DNA of 64,000 nt from the NCBI GenBank assembly GCA_964016885.1, contig OZ024742.1, forward strand, positions 269,328,001-269,392,000, read 5' to 3'. This document shows positions 61,001-64,000 of this stretch, one piece after another. The notes beneath the pieces are model-generated. The model was not told where the DNA came from and did no database searches. It saw nothing but the letters and a program-made list of their open reading frames with translations. This DNA comes from Eledone cirrhosa (Eukaryota). Every line of letters begins with the position of its first letter. The stretch's first letter is position 1. A program made the position numbers and the translations under genes.

Positions 61001-62829
61001 ACCATCATTATCTGGCGGAAGTCCTGAGGGCGGCTGGCTTTGGGCCCATCTTCAGAGGCTGGATCGCTGCCATGCACAGCGACATCTGCTCTGTGGTGAG
61101 AGTGAACGGTCACCTTTCGGAACCGTTCAACATCATGCGCTCGGTCAGCCAAGGATGTCCACTCTCGACTCTCTTGTACGTATTGACTCTCGAGCCATTA
61201 CTGCACAAACTGGACACGTTGAGCGGGTGTCCCGCGCGAACTAGGATGCGGAAGATCCGTGTCAGCAAATGCGGACGATGTCACCATTGTTGTGTCGAAC
61301 GCCAAACACATCGAGGCGATCGGCACTACACTAAGAGAATACGAAGCTGTGACAGGAGCAATGATCAACCAGGAAAAGCCGGTGGGCCTGCAGCTCGGAA
61401 AGGTCCATGCCGTCCAACAGCGTCGTCGGCCGCTGAACTGACAGACACAAACTGGGACGGGGGTGACGAGCAGTGTGGCTTCTCTCACCCAGAAATTGTC
61501 GGAGAGGAAGCTATCCCTGAAAGGTCAAGCGGAGGTGGCTAACGCATACATCGCGTCCGTCATCTACTACCGCCTGACCATCGTGTCTTCTCCTAAGCCT
61601 CACCTGACTGCGCTGGAGCGTTTGCTCTTTCGCACTTTGTGAAATGGACGCGCTCCGATGATCAGACGGTCCATCTGCTGTCAACACCCGCTACGTCGAT
61701 GGCTGGGCATGCCGTGGTTGATGATGCGAAGACACGCGCTCAGGCTACGACATCTCCACCTCTTCCTCGACGCTGATCAGGTGTGGTCGCCGTTTCCTAC
61801 ACGCGTCTTTCCCCAGCTCGTCTCCTTGACGGAGCTGCAGTTCTGGGTCAAGCGAAGACACAGAGGGAGCGCTTGGAGACTGGAATGTCTTCAAGCGCTC
61901 ACAGCCCTCGACCAATCGGGCAATGTGATTGGTGGAAACTCCACCTTGGCGTTCTATAAAGGATTAGTGGAGGGGGATGGCGACGATGTACTTGGGGAAA
62001 CTCTAGGCGTCGCCGAAAATCATCTAGCTAATCTCTTCGGATGAACTTTCGGGCCAGGGCCTATGGACAACTTCCAGATATACCTGGCTTGGCAGTGCTA
62101 CCAAGGAGCTTTGCCAGTTCGGGATAAACTCTACAGGCATGAAGTTGTCGTCAGCCGGGCATGTCAGAGATGCGCGCAGGACGACGAAACCGTCCTGCAC
62201 GCACTTGTCCAGTGTCGGAGCATTGCTGACTTGTGGGTTTGTCAAAAACTTGCTGTCGCGTGTAGGACGTATCCAGCTATCAGCTGAGTCCAGCGAGAGG
62301 ATTGCCCCGCCCTCTTCCTTTAGCCAAGAAGGGCACGCAATTTTTATCTATCTGGTGGCCATGGCGAAAGAGATAGTATGGTGGACGTGTTTGAAAGGGA
62401 TGCAGACGAGCACTTACCTCTTCGGTGATGCCCTGATTCCCTTTTTCAAACTTCATTTGAAAAGGAAAATCAGGGTAGAGAAGCAAGTGCTCACTTCCAA
62501 GCATTTTGTTGAAAGATGGGTGAGAGAGGCAAGAATGGCCCGTGTGAATGGGCTTACTCTGAGTATGTGCCTGTAAATTGAAGGTGGAAAACTGAGAGAG
62601 GGCACGTGTCTTGGTGGTCAGGGTCACCATGGCTTTTTTTAATGGGCTTTCTCCACGAATGTCCTTCGGAAATCTCCCTACAATTGGGGATTTTTTTGTT
62701 GTTCCTTTTTTTTTTTATTACGTCCTTTTTTTTTATTACACGCAGGAATGACCATTTGTGCCGTCCTGTATTGTCCTGTACTGTCGTTAATGTCTACGTT
62801 ATGTAAACCCTTGTGGTTAATAAAGAAAG

Positions 62830-62830
<1 letters not shown>
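58044..62830 (+). mobile_element. Degenerate L1/Tx1-clade LINE, related to 10013-15705
   Basis: ORF1 remnant (IVEGRRPWSFVCGEGTHLQAFCP). ORF2 endonuclease from 59476, RT LDQSKAFD and SQGCPLS, C-terminal CQRC..ETVLHAL. Ends aataaagaaa followed by (ATT)n. Confidence 0.9.
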
Positions 62831-62876
<46 letters not shown>

Positions 62877-62890
62877 GTATTGTTGTTATT

Positions 62891-64000
62891 AGTCTTTGAG
62901 TCTCAGTCATTGATGTTAGTTAACTGGAAAGTTTGTTGAAATGAATATCAAGCCACTACCTGCAGCCTCAGATATTCAGGACGTATCGCAGGGTTCTTGC
63001 TGTTCCCAGCAAGCATGCCATTTGAAGCGTTCCAAAAAGCGTGAAGGGGCCAATTTTCTTTAACCATCCCTGGAAACTTTTTGAGATAGGCCCTAGTGCG
63101 CCTATGACAATCGGGATCACTTTGACTTCATGGCAGTTCCAAATCCTTTTTACCTCCCACTTTAAGTCCTGCTATCGGTTAATTTTCTCCCTCTCCTTCT
63201 CTTGCACTCTCGTGTCGAATGGGCAGGCCACATCCACAATCAGGCACGATCTTTTTTCTTTGTCCACAACCACCAGGTTAGGTCTATTGTGTTCCAGTTT
63301 CTTGTCCGTCTGTATCCTAAAATCCCACAGCACCTTCACCTGATCGTTTTCTATCACCGACTCTGGCTTATGCTCATACCACTTCTCAGAATGTGGTAAA
63401 TTGTTTACTTTGCATAGGTGCCAGTGGGTCACCCAGCCGATCACATCATGTTTCCAGCCCTTATAGTGAGTCAGGACTAGGTGTTTACACTCGGATACAA
63501 TGTGAGCCACAGTCTCCTCTCTCTACAGATCCTGCACAGTGGGCTAGCCTCCTCCTTATAAATATGGTGTTTCAATCACTTCGTTTTGAGGGCCTGCTCC
63601 TGCGCAGCCATTAACATTCTTTCTGTAGCCTTTTTAAGGTCTCATCTTTTCAACCAGTTCCATGTCTGTGGATCTCTAAATTCAGTTTTCTCAAAGAAGG
63701 TACTATGAAGGGATTTTTCCCGAAGGCTGCTCTTTCTCCTTGATGTTATTTCCTCCTTGGACATCCCCTGGCCTATTGTCCCCTCCTTCAGTACAGTTCT
63801 GAGCATTGGCTCCTTACTATCAGTCACGTATTTGTGTAGGTTGTTTTTCTCCATCTGAACACAGTCCTCTATGCTTATAAGACCTCTTCCACCCTCAGAT
63901 CTCCTTAAGTAGAGTCTATCGACATCACTCCTTTTGTGGAACATGTTGTAGATAGTCAATAGCTTCCTAGTCTTCCTATCCATTTCCTTTTGTTCAGTAA
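62891..64000 (-). mobile_element. R4/Dong-like non-LTR retrotransposon 3' part (restriction-like endonuclease), runs off the window
   Basis: DRKTRKLLT..DVDRLYL.R.EGGRGL, ETVAHIVSEC..HD, LWDFRIQTD..HNRPNLVVVDK..IVDVACP. 3' end abuts (TAA)n. Confidence 0.85.

Overview
AT-rich eukaryotic DNA made almost entirely of repeats; no host protein-coding gene is recognisable. The SINE type suggests an octopod mollusc (inference). Long (TA)n/(CA)n microsatellites host nested mobile elements: two degenerate L1/Tx1-clade LINEs, a CR1/jockey-group LINE, RTE fragments, an R4/Dong-like fragment, a hATm-like DNA transposon, head-to-tail non-autonomous Helitrons and tRNA-derived SINEs. The dominant class is Penelope-like elements (PLEs; RT + C-terminal GIY-YIG): two large copies plus many truncated pseudo-LTR (pLTR) remnants with inverted arms. 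Reading both strands gives more than 20 type I hammerhead ribozyme (HHR) motifs (intact or point-mutated; 7 are in one array) from about 10 sequence families. The standout is a near-homogeneous array of seven 310-bp units (50991-53232), each carrying a minimal HHR. It has a PLE-style 5' inversion and lies inside the microsatellite region of a young PLE with an open RT-GIY-YIG frame. It is a candidate retrozyme (ribozyme-processed circular RNA mobilised by PLE RT). A second, unrelated HHR-bearing tandem with the same architecture is at 557-1562. All family assignments come from motif reading by eye; no database search or folding computation was run.
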